Of a stretch of DNA of 64,000 nt, positions 1 through 31,311 are shown one piece after another. This DNA comes from Macrostomum lignano (taxonomy: Eukaryota): NCBI GenBank assembly GCA_002269645.1, contig NIVC01000296.1, positions 124,001-188,000 of the forward strand, in the 5' to 3' direction. The first letter of the stretch is position 1. The number at the start of each line of letters is the position of its first letter. The position numbers and the translations under genes are program-made. The notes under the pieces are model-generated. The model searched no databases and was not told where the DNA came from. It saw only the letters and a list, made by a program, of their open reading frames with translations.

Positions 1-144
1 ATGACTGAGGTACTGACTGAGTTCATGAGTGAGTTCATGACTGAGGTACTGACTGAGTTCATGAGTGAGTTCATGACTGAGGTAATGACTGAGTTCATGA
101 GTGAGTTCATGACTGAGGTACTGACTGAGTTCATGAGTGAGCTC
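1..144. repeat. 36-bp tandem repeat (ATGACTGAGGTACTGACTGAGTTCATGAGTGAGTTC) x4, probably intronic to the Sp gene
   Basis: Four near-identical units from base 1. Confidence 0.9.
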
Positions 145-212
145 AACAAATATATTGTATGAATTGGCACTATGCTTGCTGCATGCTAAAAATTAACCTG
201 TGAATCACACAG

Positions 213-857
213 GAGGCCGCCTCAACCGCCTCGGCTGACCAACTTCCAAGCTTGCATTGCTCAACTGCGTGGCACTCCCAGCTGCCCAACCAGCTTCATC
301 AATATGGTCAGCCGCAGATCCAATACAGCTGCTATTTTTCCGGCACGTACCAGCCTGCCAGCTACTTGGTGCCAACTTCGCCACCGCCGCCACCGCCGCC
401 GCCGCCGCCTCCGCCGCCTCCGCCGCCGCCGCCGCAGCCCGCTAGACGAAAGTCGAACACCTCAAAGTCTGGAGCAGCGATCAGCCCGTGTGACTGCCCG
501 AACTGCCAGCAGGCTCAGCTGCAGCACCAGCAGCTCAGATGCTCCGTCAACACTGCGAGCAATGGGCTGCACAACTGCCACGTGCCGGGCTGCGGCAAGG
601 TGTACAGCAAAACTTCCCACCTGAAAGCTCATCTGCGTTGGCACACGGGCGAACGGCCCTTCCTGTGCCACTGGACCCTGTGCGGCAAGCGGTTCACCAG
701 GTCGGACGAGCTGCAGCGACATGTGCGAACTCACACAGGTGAAAGGCGGTTCGGCTGTTCCGCCTGCGGCAAGCGGTTCACCAGGTCGGACCACCTGGCC
801 AAACACGCCAGGACCCACCAGCAGCAGGACTCCGTGGAGACGACCGCAACCGCCTGA
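213..857 (+). CDS. Sp-family (Sp5/Sp6-9/buttonhead-like) C2H2 zinc-finger transcription factor, terminal exon
   Basis: Buttonhead box CDCPNC, then three Sp/KLF fingers ([51 protein letters not shown]) and poly-Pro. In-frame acceptor cacag|GAG at 211-212. Upstream exon(s) lie outside the window. Confidence 0.93.
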   Translation, partial: EAASTASADQLPSLHCSTAWHSQLPNQLHQYGQPQIQYSCYFSGTYQPASYLVPTSPPPPPPPPPPPPPPPPPPQPARRKSNTSKSGAAISPCDCPNCQQAQLQHQQLRCSVNTASNGLHNCHVPGCGKVYSKTSHLKAHLRWHTGERPFLCHWTLCGKRFTRSDELQRHVRTHTGERRFGCSACGKRFTRSDHLAKHARTHQQQDSVETTATA

Positions 858-945
858 AGCTGCTGTCGCTGAACGAACTCAAAATATTCAGACTTACACT
901 AATTAAAATTACCAATCAGTTGTCCATGAGTTCGTAGAAGATAGA

Positions 946-1735
<790 letters not shown>

Positions 1736-2160
1736 GCCGGCTCTGAGACCCCGAAAACCCCGGGATTAGGGCTATAGACACCAGCTGCTGCTGGTAATGC
1801 TTGGGAGCAGCAGAAGCTACAGTCTATGGTCTAAACCCCGGGTTCTCGTGGGTTTATTGTCTATGGTCGAGAGAATTTCTGCGGTAGTGGCTGTTTCAGC
1901 GGTCGGTTTAATCATCACTTCACTGACAGAAGCTATAAAGCTATAGAAAGACAAATAAGCATTTTAAAACGATTTAAGTTTAGCCTGAGACTTTTTTTAG
2001 AAAAACTCCTTGACTGAATAATAAAATAGCAATGTCAAAAAATAAGATAATTTTTATCTATAAAGCTTTTTGTCCTGTTTTGTCCTAATGTTGCATTCTG
2101 GTTGCTAAACTGTAATAACGAGCTATTAGGATCTGTTTACTAAGAGTCTTATTTCAGCTA

Positions 2161-2491
2161 TAATCCCCAGTCTATCTTCATATCCCTATCTGTCTTCATA
2201 TCCCTAATCTGTCTTCATATCCCTAATCTGTCTTCATATCCCCAATCTGTCTTCATATCCCTAATCTGTCTTCATATCCCTAATCTGTCTTCATATCCCT
2301 AATCCGTCTTCATATCCCTCATCTGTCTTCATATCCCTAATCTGTCTTCATATCCCTAATCTGTCTTCATATCCCTAATCTGTCTTCATATCCCTAATCT
2401 GTCTTCATATCCCTAATCTGTCTTCATATCCCTCATCTGTCTTCATATCCCTCAGTCTGTCTTCATATCCCTCAGTCTGTCTTCATATCCC
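2161..2491. repeat. 19-bp minisatellite (TATCCCTAATCTGTCTTCA)n
   Basis: About 17 tandem units. Confidence 0.93.
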
Positions 2492-3361
2492 ATTTGATGT
2501 TAATTTTTCTGATTATAAATCATAATGACAATGAAAAATAAAACAACAAATACCTTGGAGTCTGTGCAGTGCTAAATTAAAGCGGAGCTCTTCAAGTCAA
2601 AAAGTCAAATTTTGCTACTTGATTTTGTTAAAACGGTCTGTCTATGTTAACACCTGCGCCTTTGACAGCAGCCCAGAGCGCTCATCTCATCGCCTCCCTC
2701 GCCCCCCCCATGGCGCTCCCCCACTGGCACCCTTCGCTTGATGAAGCTTCTCAGACAATGGGCTATTATAGGAGCGGGAGAACTCAAGGACCGCTGTAAA
2801 CCTGGACTGGAAGCTATTAAATTTAGTGCAATAAAGCAAAAAAACAAATAGATATCTCATTAAATCATCTGATTTCAGAAAATTAGAGTTTTCAGATTCT
2901 GGGTATAGGTTTGAGGTGCGACAGCGGATCCACTTCCAGTCCAAGTTTCTACTAGCAGCGGTCCCTGGCGTCATCATTTTTGCCTATATTCAGCTTCCCT
3001 CTATTATTTATCTGGGTCCATGGCTATCCCCACACACCTGGGGTGCCCCTTGTCTGCAATATGCGCTCGTAGGGGGCGCAATGCGGGCTCTCAGATGAAA
3101 TGCCTTTAAAGTCAGTGATGGAGAGAGGGGGGGGGGTGGAGAGCAGAGCTGTGATTAGCGCTTCTCAAGTTTCATGCTGCTCCCCCCAGGGTGCCACTTC
3201 GTGGATGGCCCAGCAAACTCATTTGTTGGATAAATGTTGCGACTCTGTTCGAATTGCGTGCACTCAGAGTCTTCCTGCGCAGACAGGACGAAGCAAATGA
3301 TTGCTCTGGCATAGCAGGGAGAGCTGCTGGCTGACGGATCGTGAGAAACGAAAGATGCAGA

Positions 3362-5546
3362 GTGAGACAAGAAGAGAGACAGGGTGAGACAAGAAGAGAG
3401 ACAGGGTGAGACATAAGAATCAGGGTGAGACATGAAGAGAGACAGGGTGAGACATGAAAAGAGACAGGGTGAGACATGAAGAGAGACAGGGTGAGACATA
3501 AGAATCAGGGTGAGACATGAAGAGAGACAGGGTGAGACATGAAGAGAGACAGGGTGAGACATGAAGAGAGACAGGGTGAGACATGAAGAGAGACAGGATG
3601 AGACATGAAGAGAGACAGGGTGAGACAGGAAGAGAGACAGGGTGAGACACGAGGAGAGACAGGGTGAGACACGAGGAGAGACAGGGTGAGACATAAGAAT
3701 CAGGGTGAGACATGAAGAGAGACAGGGTGAGACATGAAGAGAGACAGGGTGAGACATGAAGAGAGACAGGGTGAGACATGAAGAGAGACAGGATGAGACA
3801 TGAAGAGAGACAGGGTGAGACAGGAAGAGAGACAGGGTGAGACACGAGGAGAGACAGGGTGAGACACGAGGAGAGACAGGGTGAGACAAGAAGAGAGACA
3901 GGGTGAGACAAGAAGAGAGACAGGATGAGACATGAAGAGAGACCAGGGTGAGACAGGAAGAGAGACAGGGTGAGACACGAGGAGAGACAGGGTGAGACAC
4001 GAGGAGAGACAGGGTGAGACATGAAGAGAGACAGGGTGAGACACGAGGAGAGACAGGGTGAGACAAGAAGAGAGACAGGGTGAGACAAGAAGAGGGACAG
4101 GATGAGACATGAAGAGAGACAGGGTGAGACAGGAAGAGAGACAGGGTGAGACACGAGGAGAGACAGGGTGAGACACGAGGAGAGACAGGGTGAGACATGA
4201 AGAGAGACAGGGTGAGACACGAGGAGAGACAGGGTGAGACATGAAAAGAGATCAGGGTGAGACATGAAGAGAGACAGGGTGAGACATGAAAAGAGATCAG
4301 GGTGAGACATGAAGAGAGACAGGGTGAGACATGAAGAGAGACAGGGTGAGACATGAAGAGAGACAGGGTGAGACATGAAGAGAGACAGGGTGAGACACGA
4401 AGAGAGATCAGGGTGAGACATGAAGAGAGACAGGGTGAGACATGAAAAGAGATCAGGGTGAGACATGAAGAGAGACAGGGTGAGGCATGAAGAGAGACAG
4501 GGTGAGACATGAAGAGAGACAAGGTGAGACATGAAGAGAGACAGGGTGAGACATGAAGAGAGACAGGGTGAGACATGATAATCAGGGTGAGACATGAAGA
4601 GAGATCAGGGTGAGACATGAAGAGAGACAGGGTGAGACATGAGAATCAGGGTGAGACATGAAGAGAGACAGGGTGAGACACTATGAGAGACAGGGTGAGA
4701 CACGATGAGAGACAGGGTGAGACACGAGGAGAGGCAGCGTGAGACAAGAAGAGAGCCAGGGTGAGACAAGAAAGAGACAGGGTGAGACACGAGGAGAGAC
4801 AGGGTGAGACACGATGAGAGACAGGGTGAGACACGATGAGAGACAGGGTGAGACACGATGAGAGACAGGGTGAGACACGATGAGAGACAGGGTGAGACAC
4901 GATGAGAGACAGGGTGGGACACGATGAGAGACAGGGTGAGACACGATGAGAGACAGGGTGAGACATAAGAATCAGGGTGAGACAGGAAGAGAGACAGGGT
5001 GAGACATGAAGAGAGACAGGGTGAGACACTAAGAGAGACAGGGTGAGACATGAAGAGAGACAAGGTGAGACATGAAGAGAGACAGGGTGAGACATGAGAA
5101 TCAGGGTGAGACATGAAGAGAGACAGGGTGAGACATGAAGAGAGACAGGGTGAGACATGAAGAGAGACAGGGTGAGACATGAAAAGAGACAGGGTGAGAC
5201 ATGAAGAGAGACAGGGTGAGACATGAAGAGAGACAGGGTGAGACATGAAGAGAGACAGGGTGAGACATGAAGAGAGACAGGGTGAGACATGAAGAGAGAC
5301 AGGGTGAGACATGAAGAGAGACAGGGTGAGACATGAAGAGAGACAGGGTGAGACATGAAGAGAGACAGGGTGAGACATGAAGAGAGACAGGGTGAGACAT
5401 GAAGAGAGACAGGGTGAGACATGAAGAGAGACAGGGTGAGACATGAAGAGAGACAGGGTGAGACATGAAGAGAGACAGGGTGAGACATGAAGAGAGACAG
5501 GGTGAGACATGAAGAGAGACAGGGTGAGACATGAAGAGAGACAGGG
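3362..5546. repeat. 22-bp purine-rich minisatellite (AGGGTGAGACATGAAGAGAGAC)n
   Basis: About 2.2 kb of tandem units with variants; source of the SHPVSL ORFs. Confidence 0.96.
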
Positions 5547-6096
5547 TGCAAGACGCTGTTGCATAGCATTGACCACTCGTATAGCTGTATGACCCGAAAC
5601 CAAGTGGTGCTCAGAGGTCACATGTACATTACTCAAAACAGTTGTGCTACTATAAGCCTTATAAAGTAAGTTCACAATACTATCATTTCTAATTTGTCTT
5701 TCTCCAGAGAGAGAATCAAAGAAGCCGACTTGCCCGTCCACTTAAGCCAGAAGCAGAAAATTAGAGGGCAGAAGAAGACAATGACAGAAGTCAGGTTTCG
5801 CTAGAGAATCTGCCTTGGTTAGTGGGGTAGTCAGGACTTAAAGGAAGCTAATCGCCTTGTTAATTGCTTCTTTGTGCGTAACACGAGCAGTTGTTTATAT
5901 TACCTTCTAGGCAGCGTATGATAGGACTGATACTACTTTACAAGTAGAGACCACGGGGCAGATCTTCGATTTTTTTTTTGTTGAAAAAGTCAGTCGTAAT
6001 CAGGCCTATTTAAAAAGGACCTCACAAAAGTCTTTTTTATTATTAAATTTAAATAAATTTTCGAAAAAAAAACTAAAAAGAATCAGAAATTCCAAG

Positions 6097-6101
6097 AAAA
6101 A
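6097..6101 (-). terminator. Pol III oligo-dT terminator of tRNA-Val
   Basis: T5 run 4 nt after the discriminator base, with more T runs beyond. Confidence 0.65.
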
Positions 6102-6105
6102 GAAT

Positions 6106-6178
6106 TGATCCCGCCCAGGCTCGAACTGGGGACCTTCTGTGTGTTAGACAGATGTGATAACCACTACACCACGGGATC
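6106..6178 (-). tRNA. tRNA-Val (AAC)
   Basis: 73-nt cloverleaf GATCCCGTGGTGTAGTGGTTATCACATCTGTCTAACACACAGAAGGTCCCCAGTTCGAGCCTGGGCGGGATCA. Perfect 7-bp acceptor stem, TCTGT/ACAGA anticodon stem with AAC, A and B boxes. Confidence 0.95.
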
Positions 6179-7424
6179 CGCACTGGCCGAAGCGAGTGTG
6201 GCGCCAAGATAAGAGAGGGTCTTATAAATAGCTGGCGACATTGTTTCATGTGTGTAGCTTTATTGGCCAGTTTATACTACTTACTGCATGCAAGTAAGTA
6301 GCTTGAACGTCCTCAATAAATTGTGAAGTTATAAGATTGTGAAGTTTCAAGAGTGTGAAGTTTTAATCAGCTTGTGAATTTTCCAGCTTATACAGTTTAG
6401 CGTCTGAAGATATGAAGTTTCAAGCTTGTGAAATCGACCTTTATATTACGGACTGGATGCATGTTCTCTGTCAATACTGCTTGCATTCCCTAAGCTAAAT
6501 GTATAGTTTTGTACTCGGCTCCCAGAAGTTTTCAGGAAATTTCAAATTCACGAAAAGTAGGTTACAAAAATATATTCAGTATTTTTTTACACTCGACAGA
6601 AATTTCTATTCTGTAAATTTTTCATATATTATTTTTTTAAAAGGCATCAAAACCCCTCTCAACTACTGAACGGAAAGTAGTTATAGAGTTTTCTAAAATC
6701 AAGAATATAAAAAAATGTTAGAAGCTCGCAAAATGTTACACATAAACGAGCTGTGTTTCTATACAATTTGTTGCCTAACTGGAATTGAAAATTTAAAATA
6801 GCTACTCACACCAAATATACTACTGCCATGCTTGGTTAAGTAGCGCAGTGCGGTAAATTTTGGTTCATTATTAAAAAATGATCGAATAAGATGGCATCAG
6901 CATTGGCATATAAACTTAGCAAAATGGAAGTGATTACCGACTTAGTAAACTAAGAAGGATTACAAAGATAATAAATAACACCCATTGTTGACATTAAATA
7001 CTTTCAACTCAAATTACGCTTGTTATTTAAAATTGAAAAATTTAGCACACTATATATGACAGCACACAGGTTAAATGTACATTTAAACCAGCCGATATGT
7101 ATCGATAGATAACATTTTAAAGCTAGAATGAACTCGTTATATTGATGGCGCGCAGGTACACACAGTAGTTACAGGTAAAACGTTTATAGCATATCAGTGC
7201 TTAAAGGTTGCAGTGTTTAAATAAAATTTTGTTTAGGAAAAATTCCAACTATTATCTTAATTAGGCACTTTAAAGGAGAGACAAATCATGGGCAAATTTA
7301 CTGAATATATAAAACAGGTTAGTAGGTGAGATTTTATAAAAACTTAAGAGGTAAATGGCATTTCAGGGAAAAAGTTAAGGATAATCTATGACACAACATA
7401 GACTAGGATAGCACTAAACCCTCT

Positions 7425-7880
7425 GAGTCACTAAGGGATCACTGAGTCAGTTGGGGTTACAAGGTCAGTCACTGAGTCACTATAGGTCACCGAATCACTA
7501 TAGGTCACTGAGCCCCTAGAGGTCACATAGTCAGTTACTGAGTCACTATAGGTCACCGAATGCTAGTCACCGAAGCACTATAGGTCACTGAGTCACTATA
7601 GGTCACTAAGTCACTGAGTCACTAGAGGTCACAAAGTCAGTTACTGAGTCACTATAGGTCACCGAAGCACTATAGGTCACTGAGTCACTATAGATCACTA
7701 AGTCACGATAGGTCACTGAGACCCTAGGGGTCACATAGTCACTGAGTCACTATAGGTCACCGAAGCACTATAGGTCACTGAGTCACTAGAGGTCACTGAG
7801 TCACTAGAGGTCACTAAGTCACTATAGGTCACTAAGTCACTAGGGGTCACATTAGCCATTGAGTCACAGCTCAGGGTCAC
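7425..7880. repeat. Degenerate composite GTCAC-rich tandem repeat (GTCACTGAGTCACTATAG-like)
   Basis: Irregular reiteration of GTCACT(GA/ATAG/AA) motifs. Confidence 0.85.
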
Positions 7881-7947
7881 AGAAACACAAGGAGTCACTG
7901 AATTAATAAGAATCGCTCAATCAACAAGGGTCAAACGGTAAATCTGG

Positions 7948-25511
<17,564 letters not shown>

Positions 25512-26736
25512 GACAAAGTCAGCTTGTTAATAAATTATTAAAGCCTTGCGATTGCTTGCTGTAATGGATTTTCAAATAAACTGAAAACAAATAGAAAATC
25601 ATTTTTTGTATATTGATTCATTTTCAATTTAAAAGGTATAAACATTATACCACTATAATATTTATTTATTATATTTATTATATATTTAATATCTACTAAT
25701 ATTTAAATGGTATTAAACATTATTAAGACTTATTAGTAAAAAACTAAAACCTGCTATTGGGCATTACTACTGCAGTAATGTAGGTATGAATATTATTCTC
25801 CAGATGATGCAGAATATATCTGTGGTAGCTTAATGTCTATCAAATTAATTGCCATTTTGACTTTTCAATCTCTCTCTATTGCTCTTTCCCCCTTCTCTCT
25901 TCTTATCTCTCCTCTTACCTTTCCTCTATATTTTCTCCCTTTTTATTTCCTCTTTCCTTTCTCATATCTATTCTTATAATGATTAATAGATAAATTAACA
26001 AAATCTCCATTTTTACTAAGATCTTCTATAAGAGTGATGGCCTGCTAATCAATTGGTTCCCAAAATGATTTGGTAGCAAAAATTTCCTGAATTGTTTGCA
26101 TTCTAGCCTTCTTTGATAGTGACAAAAGCTTTATCATTGGCTTCTATACATCTTAACTTTAGCCCCTACCACCCCAATAATAATGTGCATATGGCTTTAA
26201 AAATCTCAGTTGATTGAGTCTTTAACACAAAGGAATCAAAAGCTTCCCTTGCAATGAAAATAAAAAAAATCATTTTAGTATTAGTCCCTACCATCCTTAT
26301 TATGCAATGGGCATATAAAATTGAAAAATATTTATTATTTAGAGTCTAACACTAGGGACTTAAGAGCTTGCCTTAAAAAAACTATGAAATTAACAATATT
26401 TTTTATTTCTAAATAAATATCTATTGCTCTACCTTTATCTATCAATTTAATAATTTCAATAGTCTTTAAAGTCAAGTTTTCTGAGCTTTTGAGCAGCCTA
26501 AATATGGGAATATATGCTTTTCAGTCAAGTTTTCTTAGCTTTTGAGTAGCCTAGATATGGGAATATATGTTCTTATAACTATATCTATTGTATCATTTGA
26601 TCTGTTTAAAACTTTCCATATATATTATAATAATAATTTCCTATAGCTATATATATAGTCTATATGACTATAGCAACAATGGACTTCTAAAGATTAGAAA
26701 CTCATTTGATAATAACTTTTTATTATATATACATAC

Positions 26737-27092
26737 TTTTTTATTAGAGGCAGGGGGGTTGTGTGAACTATCACACTTTAAGCAACATAAGCATATAACC
26801 AGCGAGAGGCATTACTGCCCATTTCGCCGATTCCCCTGAGCAGGAACTCAAGCGCGCGGATACGTACGCAGGCACGCACTCACATAGGAGTGTACAGCGG
26901 CCTTAACTTTATTTATTGTTAGGCATGTACATTTCATTGCACCTTGGGGGTTGGCTTTCAAGGCCATTAATTGCACGAGCAGAGCCAAGCTGAGATTCCA
27001 ATTCAGCCCCAAATTAATGTGATTGCACTTGGAATTGAGCCTGGGTTGCTGGCACACCAGAGCAGCTGCGCTACTGCTGCACTACAGCCCCC
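26737..27092 (-). mobile_element. Full-length tRNA-derived SINE (family A)
   Basis: Reverse complement of the 45415-45780 element: GGGGGCTGTAG head, B-box-like GGCTCAATTCC, A-rich tail. Confidence 0.85.
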
Positions 27093-27399
27093 TTTATATA
27101 TATACTACTATATTCAATTCAAAAGAAAGAATAAAAATTAAAAAATGCTATAAATTTAACAAAATATTTTAATTATCTAGGCACAGGCCCCTATCAATTA
27201 ATATTATAAGCACTTTGATAAAATTTAGTCCAATGGTACTTTTTAATTTACTAGTTCACTAATTTAATAATTTTTTAGTCTAGGCCTATATATTAAATCT
27301 CAATGGTATATTATATTTATATAGTCTTAATAGCCAATAAATACTAGAAACCAGTCATTTTGGCAAGAAATAATTTTGACAAAAAGTCATTTTAGCAAT

Positions 27400-27720
27400 A
27401 GACATTTTAAGGATGATGAGGCACCCAGCTTCCTTTTGTAGAATAGAGTGCACTAAGAGGCAGACTGGTACATTTGGTGCACCTTGCAGTGGTGCTTGGA
27501 GTGGATAAGATTTAAGCTTTTCTTGGTGCAATGTAAGTTAAGTATTTTGTTTTAAAGCAGTGAAGTCACCATTAAAAAGATTAGGTAGTACAGTTTTAAA
27601 TAGAAAAGTAAAACTTGAGTTAGTGATTTTTAATTAGCAGAACAATTATTAGTGCAATGGTATAGTAGGGCAGGGCAGAAGAGGGATAGGTGGTGGTAAG
27701 GTTAGATAGTGAGTTTGAGG
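27400..27720 (-). mobile_element. Possible decayed 3' end of a LINE
   Basis: Stop- and frameshift-riddled translation (THYL...PPI...YTI...LPNLFNGD) loosely recalls the C-terminal CCHC region of I/Jockey-group ORF2. Recognised by eye only. Confidence 0.25.
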
Positions 27721-29062
27721 CGAGCTTGAACTATAACTAGATTGAAGAAATGAAATTTTGCAATGCAAGAGAACCTTTTATTTATGTATATATTTATATG
27801 TACTTATATGAAAAATGTACGATTATTATACAATGTACATGTACAATGTACTCGTACGACATTCGACTTCTTAGCTAGCTGTCTGTTTTTGGCATTAGTA
27901 CTGCAAGTTTGGGTATGAGATTAATTAAAATCACACTTTGGATCTCGGTATGCATTATCTAGTATCTATCAATAATTGGGGATTAGATAATAACTAAGTA
28001 TATAGGATGACTCACTTCACTTTGAGAATTTAATTAATTATTCCATCCGGTATTCAAAGTCTAACCAAACTATCCTGGAAGTCAATTTAAAACTTTTAAT
28101 AAAACCTTAAACAACTTGCGAAATAGTATAAATAAAAACAAATCTTCTAATTTTCAATAGCTACTTTGTAATATTTCCGGAGAGTGTGCAAAGATATTCT
28201 AGCTTTGTTATTCTTTTTTACGAAGCCGTTACTCAGCTCAACATCATTGATTTTGTGATGCACCACTGACCAACTCTAAAAACTGCACGATCTTTGAGTT
28301 TTACGTCTTTTTATACTATAGTGGTCGTCCCTGAGTTAATGGCTCTGTTGTTACAAATACAAAAAATAACGGTTTATTATTATTATACTATCATTTGGAG
28401 AATTAAATTTGGAGAATCTCGCGATGGAGCAGTATTCTAAATGTTGCTATATAACGTGGACTACCGTACAATATTTATTGATAGTTCCTCTAAAATGCTT
28501 CTACACTTCTAAAAGACGCTTCTTGTTTCACAACTGACCATACCTGCAAGTTAGGACCATAGCAGCATAGCAGCAGTAATGACGCTGCACAATCTCAGTG
28601 ATGGTGAATGGTGTAATTATTTTAGGAGTCCAATTTTCTGTAAAATAATACAAGCTAGATAGTAAAAATCATTTTTCATCACCCAATTTGCCATTTTTGC
28701 ATTTGAATTGCGGCAGTGATTATAAAGATATAGATTATTCTTTTAATTTACACGTACACTGTAGCGTACATGTACTGGTATGCACGGCATATTAATCTGT
28801 TATATTAAATTCTGGCATACTGCTGTAGTTTTAGCAGTTATTTTATAAGCCTAATTGTTTCATAAGTTAATTCATAAGCTATAGTTTCTTTGATAAGTTC
28901 AAGTTTCATAGTTTCTGTTCTTTCTTGGATGAAGATATTTTAATGAAAATACACATGTATTGCGTGCTTCTTAAATTGATGTTCCGGTGCAGGGGATGGA
29001 TTTTATGGTGGGGGGGACAAAGCCAAGAATACAACATGTACATGTACATGGCTAAATTTTGG

Positions 29063-29552
29063 TACTCATTTTAGCGCCGCAGCCACTCATTTTAGCGCCG
29101 CAGCCACTCATTTTAGCGCCGCAGGCACTCATTTTAGCGCCGCAGCCACTCATTTTAGCGCCGCAGGCACTCATTTAAGCGCCGCAGGCACTCATTTTAG
29201 CGCCGCAGGCACTCATTTTAGCGCCGCAGGCACTCATTTTAGCGCCGCAAGCACTCATTTTAGCGCCGCAGGCACTCATTTTAGCACCGCAGGCACTCAT
29301 TTTAGCGCCGCAGCCACTCATTTTAGCGCCGCAGGCACTCATTTTAGCGCCGCAGGCACTCATTTTAGCGCCGCAAGCACTCATTTTAGCGCCGCAGGCA
29401 CTCATTTTAGCACCGCAGGCACTCATTTTAGCGCCGCAGCCACTCATTTTAGCGCCGCAGGCACTCATTTTAGCACCACAGGCACTCATTTTAGCGCTGC
29501 AGGCACTCATTTTAGCGCCACAGCCACTCATTTTAGCGCCGCAGGCACTCAT
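29063..29552. repeat. 21-bp minisatellite (GCACTCATTTTAGCGCCGCAG)n
   Basis: About 23 units. Confidence 0.95.
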
Positions 29553-31311
29553 TTGGGCGCCGAAGGCGCTATAATTTGGCGCCCTGTAGAAAAATTACTG
29601 ATTACCACAACGACTCACAAGGTGGGGTGGGGGGGGGTACAAAGCATTGGCATGTCCCCCCCAGAGCTTTTACTGGGGGGCATGTCCCCCCTGACCCCCC
29701 CCACCCCAGCCCGGTGGCGACGCGCCTATTCCGGTTCGATTCGACGTCGACAGTTTCATCCAATCATCCGGCTTTTCTATCCGTACGATTTTAGTTCGGT
29801 CGTTTCGCCAGGTGAAAACTTGAACCGGACTACCGGAACTGAATGATTTTTTATCGCAGCAGCCTAATAGCTAAACTGAATGCGCATTATATCGGTGGTT
29901 TAGCCAGCACGTTAAAACGAGTCAACAAGTTCAAACATAATTGTAACTATACCTTCACTGCAAAAAGAGCGCATATAATTCAGTGTCGTATCGGTAGTCA
30001 TAATTAGCATTCTTTGGAGACTGCATAGCGCTGAGTAGAGTCTGCCGAGAAATGAAACGACGCGCTATATAAAAATTAGATATTTCAACAGCGAATTCTC
30101 TCGAGTAGCGTGAAGAAAAAACCTATATAACCACTTGACGCATTATGAGCGCGTAAACTGCATAGTGAACAATGCACAACAGTGAGTGCACTGAAGTGAA
30201 GTGAGTGCACTTCGGTAACATACTCTCGTAGATCCAGATCCAGTTAAAATCGTGATTATTGACAGTTGAATTTTGCATGCTAGCAAGCTCACACTGTCAG
30301 AAAGTATATCTGCTCTGAGCCGGCATTGATAGTCAGATATTGAGTTTATTATCATGTAGCTGAATAACTAGATAGCTCTCTCAAGGCTGGTCATAATTTT
30401 ATCTGCAGACTAATAAGCGTTGAGATGAGATTAACTGCAGTCAATAAATTAATCTTACTGCATGCTTTGACGATGTCTGGATGGGATTTGCATAATTCCA
30501 ACGACTTTAACTCATCTGACTCAGCCTTGAGACAATAAAAATCAATAATATATTAAGAATTTGTAATCGGGATATGCGTTGTATCATGAATTTTGTTTAT
30601 TTCTCGCAAAAATATTCGGCCGTACCTCTTGCTGAACTTTCGAGAAAAGGGTACAAACAATAGCACTCTCGGTTGTACTTCAACAGCTCTCAATCACAAG
30701 CGCTCAAATTCGTAATAAAATCATAACCATTAGTAGATCTCGTTCGTACGGCATTGACTGAGATGAACACGCAGACACGTTGAGCTCACTCGGGGGGGGG
30801 GGGCAGCGAGTGCAGTCGGCTTAACGAGCGTGTGAAATGGAGACCAACCGAACGCGCGCGTCCTTTGTCTGACGGAAGGATCGCCCCGCCGTGTAGTTGC
30901 AGCTTAGGCTGGGAAAAAACAAAAGAAGATCTAAGACTTAAACGGATTCGTGGCAGCAACTACTGGAAGAAACGCCCCCGAGAACCAAGAGTGGCAGACA
31001 GCTGCTGCCATGTGGGGAGTGGGGTCGGAGCATTCCGCTTCATTCTGCTTCCGGATAGGTGGCAAGAAAATAAAAGGAAAAGGAAGTTAAGACTCCCTGT
31101 GGAACTGGCGCCCGCCTCACATTGCTCGGCCAGCAGGAAGCCGCCAATGGGGCACACGCGGGACTCATTGGAGCGTAAAAATTGAAGCGAGATCAAGACA
31201 GATTCCGCCTCAAGATCTTCTTCCGCCTTCTGCTATATGAGAGCTCGGCAATAAAAGGAGCCAAGCATATTTCTACTCGGTCAGACAGCAGCAGAGCCGA
31301 GTAAAAAGCAA

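Noticed and set aside
7425-7880. GTCACTATAGG resembling T7/SP6 phage promoters (vector contamination)
   Set aside because: Only the short core matches, embedded in a degenerate genomic repeat, with no other vector sequence.
26040-26330. Possible decayed integrase/transposase fragment (SPYHP-like motif)
   Set aside because: Too short and stop-riddled to support without a search.
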